Source: an uncultured Planctomycetaceae bacterium (GTDB taxonomy: Bacteria; Planctomycetota; Planctomycetia; Planctomycetales; Planctomycetaceae). Taken from it: DNA of 64,000 nucleotides. Position 1 is the stretch's first letter. Every line of letters starts with the position of its first letter. The stretch spans positions 256,001 to 320,000 of the forward strand of contig CAWFGE010000017.1 in NCBI GenBank assembly GCA_963815195.1, given 5' to 3'. The notes below the pieces were generated by a model. That model searched no databases. It was not told the origin of the DNA and saw only the letters and a list, made by a program, of their open reading frames with translations. Position numbers and translations under genes: made by a program. This document shows positions 1-11,869 of the stretch, piece by piece.

Positions 1-1342
1 CGCCGGCCGATGCGTTCGCATAAGGGGCCGAAGAACAACAATCCCAGCCCGCCGCCGGTCGTCACCAGAAACATGCCCAAGAGTTCCCAGCGCTTGATCG
101 CCGCCGAGTGCAGGGAGAGCACATCGAGCACGGCGTCCTTCCGGTCTTTAAAGAAGTCTTTGAGGAAGTCCGAGTTTTGCCGCAGCCCGCCCCAGTTTCG
201 CAGCAGGTCCAACAGTTGACGCCAATCGCTCTCGGAAAGCGATGAAGGTCCTCCCTCCGATTTTTGGAAAAAGTTTTGCAGATTTTCCAAATGGGAATCG
301 GCCTTCAAGCGCTGCTCGCCGGCTGTCTTATTGGGAACCGCGGCGGTTTTCAGTTCCTCTCGAAATTGCGCGATATGCTCGGCGGTTAGGCTCCATTGGG
401 ACTCCGTGAGCACTTCGCGGATGTCCCGAAGCTCGATGTCCCGCCGCAACAGATCTTTGCCGAAAATGTGCGCGCCCCAGAAGGTCGCCAAACCGACGGA
501 GGCGAGCGTCACGCCCACCAGCGTCGGCACGAGGTAATCGCCTTGGAACAAATGGGCGATCCGGCCCATTTCTTCCGCGGGGGCTTCTTTGCGCGGGACT
601 TGGCGTTCAGCCAGCTTTCAGGTTCCTTGAGGCTCCGGCGGATCCAAATAATCAACAGTGCCGGCAACACGCCCATGCCGAAGCCGATCCGCCACGGGGC
701 GCTTGGGTAGCCGATCTGTTTGGCCCATTCGTGAATTTGCTCGTTGCCGATGAACAACAAGCCCGTGGCGATGGCGAGATAGGTCCCCAACACGCTTGAC
801 GCATGAAAGATCCCCGAAACCCGCGCGCGGGCTTTCTTTGGGAATTCCTCGGCGACCATGCTGCTGGCGACGGCCCATTCGCCGCCCACGCCCATCGCCA
901 CCAGGAAGCGGAAGATGACCATATGCCACCACGACATCGAAAACGCCGAGACGCAGGTAAACAGCGAATACATGATGATCGTCAGCGACATCGTTTTTTT
1001 GCGGCCGATGCGATCGCTGAGCATCCCAAACAACACGCCCCCGATCGCCCCGCCCAATAAAAACGCCGCCAAGGTGACCTGGTTGTAATAGGCGATCGTG
1101 CCCTTGTCGGTGCCGGCGGGAACGAGCGAAGGCATGGCTTCGTTCATGCTGGCGACGAAGATCTGGCCTTCGAAAATATCGAACACCCACCCCAACGACG
1201 CGATCACCAGCACCAGCCATTGATAGCGCGTGATCCCTGCGTACCAGGGGCCTTCGGTTTGGGACGAGAGATCGTCGATCGGTTGTCCGCTCACGGGAAC
1301 CTCGGCAAAACTTGGCTTGATCGAAAGACTTGGAATCCCCAC
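1..1342 (-). CDS. MFS transporter; runs off the window start; frameshift near 585
   Basis: ORF 509..1342 has MFS motif A (GMLSDRIGRK) and GVGGEW. Another frame continues AEEMGRIAHLFQG...LATFWG...GPLCERIGR (second motif A) to position 1. Confidence 0.9.
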
Positions 1343-1402
1343 ACTCTAACGAGGAAGCAAACCCGTTCCCACCCAAAACCCCTCAGACAGGATCCGCTTC
1401 CC

Positions 1403-2083
1403 ATGACGCCCGACATGCTGGCCGCGGATTGGCGCAAGGTGCTCGCCGGCGAGTTCGAAAAGCCTTACTTTCCCAAGCTCCAGGAATTCGTGAACCGCGA
1501 GCGGGCCGAGAAAACGATCTATCCGCTCGAAGACGATGTGTTCAACGCCTTCCGCTTGACGCCCTATAAAGAAGTGCGGGTGCTCTTGTTGGGGCAGGAT
1601 CCCTATCACGGGAAAGGCCAGGCGCAGGGGCTCGCCTTTTCGGTGCGGCCGGGCGTCCGCCAGCCGCCTTCGCTCAAAAACATGTTCAAGGAACTCCAAG
1701 ACGACGTCGGCTGCGAAATCCCCAACACCGGGAGCCTCATCCCCTGGGCGAAACAGGGCCTGATGCTGTTGAATGCCGTCCTCACCGTACGGGCGGGCGA
1801 AGCGAACTCGCACAAAAACAAAGGCTGGGAGAAATTCACCGATGCCGTGATCGAAAAAGTCAACGAGAAAGACGGGCACGTGGTGTTCGTGCTCTGGGGC
1901 GGCTACGCCCGCAAGAAGACCACGCTCATCGATCAATCAAAGCACACGATCATCGAGTCGGCCCACCCGTCGCCATTGTCCGCCAACGCCGGCTTCTTTG
2001 GGAGCAAACCGTTTTCGAAAATCAACAAAGCCCTCAAGTCGCACGGCGAGCCGGAGATCGACTGGCAGATTTCGTCGGAATGA
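1403..2083 (+). CDS. ung: Uracil-DNA glycosylase, family 1
   Basis: GQDPYH, LLNAVLTV, VFVLWG and HPSPLS motifs. Confidence 0.97.
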   Translation: MTPDMLAADWRKVLAGEFEKPYFPKLQEFVNRERAEKTIYPLEDDVFNAFRLTPYKEVRVLLLGQDPYHGKGQAQGLAFSVRPGVRQPPSLKNMFKELQDDVGCEIPNTGSLIPWAKQGLMLLNAVLTVRAGEANSHKNKGWEKFTDAVIEKVNEKDGHVVFVLWGGYARKKTTLIDQSKHTIIESAHPSPLSANAGFFGSKPFSKINKALKSHGEPEIDWQISSE

Positions 2084-2164
2084 CCAAACATTTCTGCGAT
2101 TTCGTGCGCAACGGTTGGGATTGGTTTGATAAAACATAAGGAGAGGTTTTCGAAAAATTTCCCC

Positions 2165-2803
2165 ATGACACATTGGAGGTGCCGCGTGTCTCCCGTTTTG
2201 CTGCTTTCCGCCGTATTGGTTGCTCCGCCAATGGAAACCGCTGCCACAGTTCCGATGGACACGAAGGCTGCCGTCGTGGATCGTTCGAAAAAATCTTCGC
2301 CGCGGAAGTTGGAGGACGTTCAGAAAGCGTACTTGAAGGCGATGCAGAGTTCCGCCCGCCGAGCCAAGCCCAAGCCTCCGAAGGTTGTGCCCGCGTTGGT
2401 GGAGGTTTACGGGGATTTGGAGGGTGTCGAAGGCCTTTCGCATGCCGAGCGGTCGCGGATGCGGGGCGTGGTCAAAGCCCGCCTGGAGGAGCTTCGCGAT
2501 AAGCTCATCCGCGAATTGTTGCGGAATAAAAAACTCGCCGACCGCAGAAAACGCCGCGGTCCGCGAGAGCCGAATGCAAAGCCGGTGGACGAAAAAGCCG
2601 AGATGCTCGCTGGCGGCGGAGCCAGCGCCCAGGCGATCCAGTTGATCGATCTGATCCAGAACACGATCGAGCCAGACTCCTGGCAAGTCAACGGCGGGAA
2701 GGGGTCAATCTATTATTTCGATCAACTCAAGGTCCTGGTCATCCGCCAAACCGGCGAGGTCCACCACCAAATCGGCGGCGTCCTCGGCCAACTCCGCAAG
2801 TGA
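2165..2803 (+). CDS. Exported hypothetical protein with C-terminal NolW/secretin-N3-like domain (GTG at 2186 is an alternative start)
   Basis: Hydrophobic N-terminus; C-terminal LIDLIQNTIEPDSW...GGKGSI...LVIRQTGEVHHQI; GGAGG upstream of GTG 2186. Confidence 0.65.
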   Translation: MTHWRCRVSPVLLLSAVLVAPPMETAATVPMDTKAAVVDRSKKSSPRKLEDVQKAYLKAMQSSARRAKPKPPKVVPALVEVYGDLEGVEGLSHAERSRMRGVVKARLEELRDKLIRELLRNKKLADRRKRRGPREPNAKPVDEKAEMLAGGGASAQAIQLIDLIQNTIEPDSWQVNGGKGSIYYFDQLKVLVIRQTGEVHHQIGGVLGQLRK

Positions 2804-2864
2804 GGAAATCAGGAGCAAAGGCCACAAAGGGGAGTTTCGGTCTCCCAATCTCCCCTTCTGCCTT

Positions 2865-3416
2865 CTACCAGCCCATATACAGCGGCCAGCCATAGCCCGC
2901 GTACCAGCCCACGGCGGGGTAGGCGGGATAATAGGTGTAGTAGCCGGCGGTGGCGTAGGTCGAGTAGGGCACGTAGCCGTACGAATAGCCCAGCGGATAG
3001 TAGGGGCTCGCGTAGTATCCGTAATAGTAGGGGTAATATCCATACACGGGATAGGCGACGGGGGAGATGGGGGTGTAGCTGTAGGCGGGATAAACATAGC
3101 CGGGATAGTAGGCATAATACGGATAGAAGTAATTCGCCCCGTAGTTGGCCACGGCGGGAACATAGCCGGGAACGACGACGGCGGGTGCGGCGGCTTGTTT
3201 GGCGTCCTTCCCTTTTTCGCCCGCGTTGTCTTGGGCGGTGCCTTGGTCGGATTTCGGTTGCTCGGCGCCGGGAAAATCCACGACCGGAGGCGAAGTTGGC
3301 TTTTGGGCTTCGGGTGCCGCCTGTTCCTTGGGGGGTTGCGGGGCGGCGTCTTGAGCCGACACGGGAATGCTCATCAACGACAGCATGGCCGACATCGCTA
3401 GGGCGCGAATCATCAC
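2865..3416 (-). CDS. Secreted Tyr/Pro/Gly-rich low-complexity protein
   Basis: Signal peptide ending VSA-Q, P/A/Q/E-rich linker, then YYPYYAYYPGY-type tract; AAAGGA upstream. Confidence 0.75.
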   Translation of the reverse strand: MMIRALAMSAMLSLMSIPVSAQDAAPQPPKEQAAPEAQKPTSPPVVDFPGAEQPKSDQGTAQDNAGEKGKDAKQAAAPAVVVPGYVPAVANYGANYFYPYYAYYPGYVYPAYSYTPISPVAYPVYGYYPYYYGYYASPYYPLGYSYGYVPYSTYATAGYYTYYPAYPAVGWYAGYGWPLYMGW

Positions 3417-3569
3417 TCGTTTCCTTTGTCAATCACCAGAGACCAAATCGCATCCGCTCCGTCACGTTACGAGAACTCCGTAGCTTCTCTATTTTATCTT
3501 ACCCGCAGAATTGCCGAACACAATATGGATATTGGTTCTCGGCGGCTGAAACTGCGGCGAGGGAGGTTG

Positions 3570-5396
3570 TCAGGGCTTCACCTCGACCGGGCCGGCTTTG
3601 AGGTGTTGGAGGTGGTTGGGAAAATCCTCGCCGATGAAGGCGGCGAATTCGACTTTTCCGCCGGGCACGTCGGCCGGGACTTTGAATTTCGCGGTCGCGG
3701 TGCCGTCGCCTTTGGCTGTGAGGACTTCTCGCGAAATGCGTTTGCCGTTGCCGTCTTTGAGGGTCACGTGAATCCGTTCTTCGCCGAGCCGCTTGGGAAT
3801 GGTATGGGGCACGCGGACCTCGATCGTCTCCCCCGCCGCGATGGTTTTGGGAATCTCCAACTGGATCAGGTTCGCATTCCGGCGGGTGCGCTCTTGGGGA
3901 GATCGGCGGGCTTTCGCTTTCTTCCGCTCGGCCGCCTCCTGTTCGACTTTCGTCATGTAAGCTGCCACCGCTTTCGGGTCGCCTCGATGCCGGAAGCATT
4001 CGAGCATCGGGTCGCCGGTCCGCTCCATCCACGCCAGGAGTTCCTTCCGCAGTTTGTCGACTTCCTCCCGATAGGCGGGGTCATCGATTAAGTTATGGCG
4101 GGCGTCGGGGTCTTTTTCGTAGTCGTAGAATTCTTCGGGAACGCGGTGGTCGAAGAGTTCCAGCCGGGCGGCCATCTTCTCATCGGTCTGGGCGAGCTGT
4201 TTCATCTTGCGATAAGTCAGCGTGCCCTGGGTGGCGGTGCGGAACACCCGCTGGCCGTCGGACCAGGGATTGAAAATGTAGCCGAGCTTCTTCGTCTCCA
4301 CGCTCCGCATCGGATGCCGATTTCCGCCGGCGTTCTCGTTGTACTCCTTAAAGACCAGCTCCCGCCCGGCCTGGTCGCCGCCTTGGAGGAGCGGATAAAA
4401 CGAGCGGCCGTCGAGGTTTTGCGGATGATCCGCTCCGACGACGTCGAGCAGCGTCGGCAGAAAATCCACCGCGGAGACCATGTGCTCGTTGTCGATCGTT
4501 CCCCTCTTCACCATGCCGGGCCAGCGGATGATCAGCGGCGTCCGCGTGCTGTGGTGATAGACCTGCGTCTTCGCGAACGGCAACGGCATGCCGTGGTCCG
4601 ATAAAAACAGCACCAACGTGTTCGCCGCCTGCCCGGATTCCACCAACGCATCGAGCACCTGGCCCACGCAGTCGTCGGCCCGGCGGACGGTGCTGTAATA
4701 ATGGGCCAACTCCTTTCTCACGTCCGGATCGTCGAACAGAAAGCCCGGAATCGGAACTTCCTCGGCCGTAAACACCCGGCTGGGCTGATACGGATCCTCG
4801 ATGACGTCGCCTTTCTTGCTCATCGCGTAAAACGGCTTGTGCGGGTCCGAAACGTTGATCAGCAAGCAGAACGGCTTATCGGCTTCCCGGCCGGCGGCGA
4901 TGCCCCGTTTTGCGGAGCGGTAATAGGATTTCACGTCCTTGGCGTCCTGTCGTTCGCCGTCGATCGTGTCCAGGACGAGATCCCAGGCGTACGGCTGGTA
5001 AGGCGTCGAATGCGAGACCTTGCCGCGGATCGCGGTAAAGTAGCCCTGCTGTTTCATCAAGTCGGCGAGCACCGGATAGCCGGCGTCCTTCACCTGATAA
5101 AACCCCTCCACGCGGTTGTTGTGCGGAAACCGGCCGGACCACATCACGTTCCGTGAAGGCATGCAGTTGCCCACGACGACATGGGCGTATTCAAACCGCA
5201 GCCCCTCCGCGGCGAGGCGGTCGATCCGCGGCGTCGTATCCGCAAGCCGGCAGCCAAACGCGCCCACCGAATCGCAATTCATGTCGTCCACGGTGATCAG
5301 CAGAATGTTCGGCCGCGGACGGGCGTCGTCCGCCAACCCGGCGGGCGAGCAACACAGCACAAACAGAATCGGCAGGATTCGTAACAGAGCATTCAT
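3570..5396 (-). CDS. Exported Cys-type (formylglycine) sulfatase with C-terminal extension
   Basis: Signal peptide, PNILLITVDD, CMPSR, DPHKP, FLSDHG. Confidence 0.93.
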   Translation of the reverse strand: MNALLRILPILFVLCCSPAGLADDARPRPNILLITVDDMNCDSVGAFGCRLADTTPRIDRLAAEGLRFEYAHVVVGNCMPSRNVMWSGRFPHNNRVEGFYQVKDAGYPVLADLMKQQGYFTAIRGKVSHSTPYQPYAWDLVLDTIDGERQDAKDVKSYYRSAKRGIAAGREADKPFCLLINVSDPHKPFYAMSKKGDVIEDPYQPSRVFTAEEVPIPGFLFDDPDVRKELAHYYSTVRRADDCVGQVLDALVESGQAANTLVLFLSDHGMPLPFAKTQVYHHSTRTPLIIRWPGMVKRGTIDNEHMVSAVDFLPTLLDVVGADHPQNLDGRSFYPLLQGGDQAGRELVFKEYNENAGGNRHPMRSVETKKLGYIFNPWSDGQRVFRTATQGTLTYRKMKQLAQTDEKMAARLELFDHRVPEEFYDYEKDPDARHNLIDDPAYREEVDKLRKELLAWMERTGDPMLECFRHRGDPKAVAAYMTKVEQEAAERKKAKARRSPQERTRRNANLIQLEIPKTIAAGETIEVRVPHTIPKRLGEERIHVTLKDGNGKRISREVLTAKGDGTATAKFKVPADVPGGKVEFAAFIGEDFPNHLQHLKAGPVEVKP

Positions 5397-5414
5397 CGCG
5401 CAAATTCTCCGGGG

Positions 5415-6452
5415 TTAAGGATCAATCGGGGGCGTGGGCCGCGGATAGGGAAACCGCGTGGGGGACTCGGCGATGGCGGGAGCCCGGTCTTCCGAGCCGT
5501 CGGCGTGTCCGTTGGCATGCGGGGCCGAGGATTCACCGTCCCCATGCGAAGGGGTCTCGGGTGGGGCCCCGGACGGGTTTGGTCCGAAGACGGGGAACTT
5601 GACCTTGAACGGATCCCGCCCGTCCATCAGCCGGCGGGCTTTGGCCACGTGGACCTCGCCCATTTGCCAAAAGAACTCTTTCTCCGGGCCGAGCGGACGC
5701 GATTGGTCCAGGCGGTCTTGCTGCACGAGCAGATGGGTGAGGATATAGTCGCGCGAAACGAACAACAGGTGCTGGGCAATGCGGCCCTGCCGGGTTTTGG
5801 TGGACCCGCGCTTGTCCAATTCGGGGATGAGGGGGGGCAGCTCGCGCCGGGCGCGGCTTTGGATTTTTCGCCATTCGGGCGGAGGGGCGTTTTCGGCCCG
5901 GAGTTTTTCCATGTCGTCCCAAATGCCGATCACCGTCTCGAAGTCCCTTTGGTTGATGTGCCGGGCGTAAATCTGGTTCCAAGGCACAAAAGACAGCCCG
6001 ATCGCCAGAAACGTGCACACGACGAACGTCAGGGCCTTCCAGTTCATGCGGAGTTTTTCCATCTGCGTTTCCGTGACAACCGCCCCGATCCCTTCGGCGC
6101 GGGTGGGAAACTGTTGCCAGGTTCCGTCGAACTGAAAAATATGCAAGAGTTCCTGCATGTCGTGCGACAATTCGCAGACGGCAAACCGGCCGCCCTTGGA
6201 CTCGACCCGGTCCGCCCATTCGCACAGCGCCCCCAGGATTTTCGCCCCGAAATAATTCGAGGCGCCGAAATCGACGAGCACGTTCTGGTAGCGGTCTTTT
6301 TCGAGGAGCGCCAACAAGGCCGCGTGCTCCACGTTAAAATTCATATTGGCAAAACCGGCGGGATCTCCCTTGGGCGAGACGATCAACGTGTCGCCCCGCT
6401 GCTCGACCAGAAACAGCCGATGCAGATCGATCCGGTGCTGATATTTCGGCAT
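5415..6452 (-). CDS. STAS (anti-anti-sigma-like) domain fused to a TM helix and C-terminal domain
   Basis: VLVDF..SNYFGAKILGAL...GGRFAVCEL STAS pattern; TM ALTFVVCTFLAIGLSFVPW. Confidence 0.75.
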   Translation of the reverse strand: MPKYQHRIDLHRLFLVEQRGDTLIVSPKGDPAGFANMNFNVEHAALLALLEKDRYQNVLVDFGASNYFGAKILGALCEWADRVESKGGRFAVCELSHDMQELLHIFQFDGTWQQFPTRAEGIGAVVTETQMEKLRMNWKALTFVVCTFLAIGLSFVPWNQIYARHINQRDFETVIGIWDDMEKLRAENAPPPEWRKIQSRARRELPPLIPELDKRGSTKTRQGRIAQHLLFVSRDYILTHLLVQQDRLDQSRPLGPEKEFFWQMGEVHVAKARRLMDGRDPFKVKFPVFGPNPSGAPPETPSHGDGESSAPHANGHADGSEDRAPAIAESPTRFPYPRPTPPIDP

Positions 6453-6825
6453 TCACCAAAGTCCTCCCGCGGGGACCGTGAACTCGAGCTCATGGTTTGA
6501 CGTTGGACGAGGAAAGCTGTCTCACTGGAAATCGGCGGTTGAAAGAAAAAATCCGTTCGGTTCGAAAAGAAAAATGGACGGGGCGGAATGTCCGGTTTAG
6601 AGTTGCTGTGAGGAAAGGAAGGAACATTCCCGCGGCACTGGTTACCATTTTGTCCGACGGAGGGTCAATTTTTCCATCGAAAAATGCTGGAACCTTGGCC
6701 CGTTGGGGAGAATAATTGCAATAAACTTGGGGGAAGCGCGTTTTTCTCCGCATTGCCCCCAAAGCCTTGCAGGGTTTCCCCCCGGAACATCCCACAGACA
6801 CGACAGACAGGGAAACGCCAAACAT

Positions 6826-6878
6826 TAGCCACAGGGCTGCGGTTCATGGGAAGAACCGGGGCTAGCGCCCTGCGGCTG
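6826..6878. repeat. REP-like imperfect inverted repeat related to 55968-56048
   Basis: tagccacagggc / gccctgcggctg arms; shares the ggctagcgcc core. Confidence 0.5.
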
Positions 6879-6915
6879 ATTGATTACTCGAACTTGTAAC
6901 TTGAAAACAGAATCT

Positions 6916-8856
<1,941 letters not shown>

Positions 8857-9118
8857 ATCGGTAAGAAAGGCGGCTGGCGTCATGAACTGGTTTAGCCAAC
8901 GAGGTCGCGAGTTCCCAATCCACCTCGCGATTAAGACTTGCATCGGCATCGGCGGTCCTTCTCGGCGCGGCAATCGTTTCCGGCATGGTCTTCGCGCCCG
9001 GCCGGGCTAACGGATGGGGCGTCTCAAAGCATTCCGTCTTCGCCGGGGTCGCTCGAATTGAAAAGTCGGGGACCGAGTGAAATTGCCAATTCTCTTCCGC
9101 ATCCAAGAGGTGACCCCG

Positions 9119-10210
9119 ATGTCGTTGCCCAACCGCCGCAATGCTCTGCAAATGCTGGGCGGCACGCTTGCGTGTTCCGTCTTGTCCCAGACCGGGCCGG
9201 CCGCCGAGAGGGCCCCAAAGGCAAAACCCGGCCGGCGGATCAAGATCGGTCAGATCGGCGTCGGACATGCTCACGCGAGCAAGCTGTCGGTTTATCGTTC
9301 GTCCCCGGATTACGAAGTCGTGGGCATCGTGGAATCCGACCCCGCGTTCCGGCAGCGGGCACAGAATCAACCGGCCTACAAAGATGGGCCCTGGATGACC
9401 GAGGAGCAGTTGCTGAATTCGCCGGGCCTCGAAGCGGTGCTCGTGGAAACCCGCGTTCGCGATTTGCTGAACACGGCCCAAGCGTGCGTCGCCGCGGGGA
9501 AGCACATCCACTTGGACAAGCCCGCCGGTGAATCGCTGCCGCAGTTTCGGCGGATTCTCGAATCCGCCAGCCGGCAGAAGCTCTTGGTGCAAATGGGCTA
9601 TATGTACCGCTATAACCCCGCCGTGGTGTTGCTGCGGGAATTTTTGGAGAAAGGCTGGCTGGGCGACGTCTTCGAGGTCCACACCGTGATGAGCAAAGTC
9701 GTCAACCCCGCGGCCCGCAACGGTCTCGCGGATTACCGCGGCGGGATCATGTTTGAACTGGGCTGCCACATTATCGATCTGGTGGTCGGCGTCCTGGGCA
9801 ACCCGGCCAAGGTCACGGCGTTTTCGCAGCATGCCGGCCCGGTCGCGGACGGCCTCGCGGACAATATGCTCGCGGTGTTTGAATATCCCAAAGCCATGGC
9901 CACGGTGAAATCGAGCGCGATGGAAGTCGACGGTTTCGCCCGCCGGCATTTAGCGGTCTGTGGGACGGAAGGCACGTTTCACATCCAACCGCTGGACAAC
10001 CCCAGCGCCCGCGTGGCGCTCGCGACCCGCAGGGATTCGTACAAAAAGGGCTATCAGGACGTCGCGTTCCCCAAATACACGCGCTATGTGGGCGATGCCC
10101 TGGACATGGCCCGCATCATCCGCGGCGAAAAGCCGAGCGATTTCCCCATCGAACACGATCTCGCCGTGCAAACAGCCCTGCTTTCCGCCTGCGGCCTGCC
10201 GTTGGATTGA
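9119..10210 (+). CDS. Tat-exported Gfo/Idh/MocA oxidoreductase
   Basis: NRRNALQ Tat motif; IGQIGVG; GKHIHLDKP; GYMYRYNP; GGIMFELGCH. Confidence 0.9.
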   Translation: MSLPNRRNALQMLGGTLACSVLSQTGPAAERAPKAKPGRRIKIGQIGVGHAHASKLSVYRSSPDYEVVGIVESDPAFRQRAQNQPAYKDGPWMTEEQLLNSPGLEAVLVETRVRDLLNTAQACVAAGKHIHLDKPAGESLPQFRRILESASRQKLLVQMGYMYRYNPAVVLLREFLEKGWLGDVFEVHTVMSKVVNPAARNGLADYRGGIMFELGCHIIDLVVGVLGNPAKVTAFSQHAGPVADGLADNMLAVFEYPKAMATVKSSAMEVDGFARRHLAVCGTEGTFHIQPLDNPSARVALATRRDSYKKGYQDVAFPKYTRYVGDALDMARIIRGEKPSDFPIEHDLAVQTALLSACGLPLD

Positions 10211-10254
10211 GTTTGAAGTTCTTCGCTGTGTGTGCTTCAAAAAAGTAAAAGCAG

Positions 10255-10276
10255 GGCGGCAGAATGCCTCCGCTAC
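10255..10276 (-). repeat. GTAG-type REP, single copy
   Basis: Minus strand reads GTAG-cggaggc-attct-gccgcc; same family as 30524-30581. Confidence 0.55.
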
Positions 10277-10352
10277 GTTGGCGTTGGGCTGGCGGTGTCG
10301 GTAGGATCGTATGGGCTTTCAGGCTCCAAGTTTTTCTTTTGGCGGATCAACA

Positions 10353-11441
10353 ATGATGCGGCTAACGCTGGGCGTGGTTTTGGGTTTCGGGCTTTTGAGC
10401 GAGTTGGCTCTCGCAGGCGAAGTCGTCACCATCGCGGGGACTGGGAAAGCGGAATACGCCGGCGACGGCGGACCGGCGACCGCAGCCGGCGTGGGCGGGC
10501 CATTCGGTCTTGTCATCGGACCGGATGGTGCGCTTTACATTTGCGAAACGACCAACCACGTCATCCGCCGCTGGGATCCCCAGACGCACAGGCTGAGCAC
10601 CGTCGCGGGCAGCGGGAAAAAAGGTTACGCGGGCGACGGCGGACCGGCCACGTCCGCGAAACTCAACGAACCTTATGAAATCCGTTTCGACAAAGCCGGG
10701 AACCTGTTCTTCGTCGAGATGCAAAACCACCTCGTCCGGCGGGTCGATGCAGAGACCGGCGTAATCTCCACGGTGGCGGGCACCGGCGAGCAGGGCTTCT
10801 CCGGCGACGGCGGCCCCGCGACCCAAGCCAGCTTGAATCATCCGCACTCGATCGCCTTGGACGACTCCGGAAACCTTTACATCTGCGACATCGGCAATCA
10901 CCGCGTTCGGCGGGTGAATCTGAAATCGGGGGGCATCGAAACCTTCGCCGGCACCGGCCAACGAAAACCGACGCCCGACGGAGCCAGGCTCAAAGGCACG
11001 CCGCTCAACGGTCCCCGCGCATTGGATTACGATCCGCAATCGAACCAATTGGTTCTGGCCCTCCGCGAAGGCAACGCGGTGTATCGGATCGATCTGAAGA
11101 GCGAAACCTTGCACCACATCGCCGGCACCGGGAAACAAGGCTACGCGGGGGACGGCGGGCCGGCGAAACAGGCGGTCTTGTCCGGTCCGAAAGGCGTCGC
11201 CTTGGGGCCTGGAGGCGATCTCTTTCTCGCCGACACCGAAAGCCACACGATCCGCGTGATCCGCCACAAGTCGGGCCTCATCGAAACCGTCGTGGGCGAC
11301 GGGAAAAAAGGCGACGGTCCCGACGGCGATCCCCGCCGGTGCCGTTTGAACCGGCCGCACGGGATCTTTGTGGATTCAGGCGGGACTGTCTATATTGGAG
11401 ACAGTTCCAACAACAAAGTCCGACGATTCCCGGCCCGGTAG
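10353..11441 (+). CDS. Exported NHL-repeat beta-propeller protein
   Basis: Repeated TIAGTG..GY.GDGGPA..A.L..P units; signal peptide. Confidence 0.92.
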   Translation: MMRLTLGVVLGFGLLSELALAGEVVTIAGTGKAEYAGDGGPATAAGVGGPFGLVIGPDGALYICETTNHVIRRWDPQTHRLSTVAGSGKKGYAGDGGPATSAKLNEPYEIRFDKAGNLFFVEMQNHLVRRVDAETGVISTVAGTGEQGFSGDGGPATQASLNHPHSIALDDSGNLYICDIGNHRVRRVNLKSGGIETFAGTGQRKPTPDGARLKGTPLNGPRALDYDPQSNQLVLALREGNAVYRIDLKSETLHHIAGTGKQGYAGDGGPAKQAVLSGPKGVALGPGGDLFLADTESHTIRVIRHKSGLIETVVGDGKKGDGPDGDPRRCRLNRPHGIFVDSGGTVYIGDSSNNKVRRFPAR

Positions 11442-11445
11442 CCTT

Positions 11446-11841
11446 ATGTCTGTTGTCACCGACAAGTGGAAACAAGCCCGCGCGGTTTGGCAAAAGATTC
11501 GTGCGTTCGGAAGCCTTTGGCTGGCGCTGACCGGATTGGGGGGCTTTGTCGTCCTCGTGGGCGGGCCCTGGATTTTGGGGTTGCTGACGAATCTGTTCGG
11601 ACCCGCCGCGGCCCGGCCCGGCCGGGTGATTACGCTGGACATGCTCTTCACGCTGCCGTTCGCGGTTTATTTTTGGATCCAGGAACGCCGGCTCGAAAAC
11701 GAAACCGTCCTCTGTCCGGGTTGCGGCGAGCGGTACGCGAAAACAAATGCCTCGTGCCCCATGTGCGGCCGCGCCCGCCCGGAAGATCTCGAAGAAGAAA
11801 AACAACCGAATGAAACCACCGCATCGTCCGCCAAATCGTAA
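11446..11841 (+). CDS. Small two-TM membrane protein with C-terminal zinc ribbon
   Basis: Two hydrophobic segments, then CPGC...CPMC. Confidence 0.7.
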   Translation: MSVVTDKWKQARAVWQKIRAFGSLWLALTGLGGFVVLVGGPWILGLLTNLFGPAAARPGRVITLDMLFTLPFAVYFWIQERRLENETVLCPGCGERYAKTNASCPMCGRARPEDLEEEKQPNETTASSAKS

Positions 11842-11869
11842 TCGTACGAAATTCTGCGCGTGTTATCGT

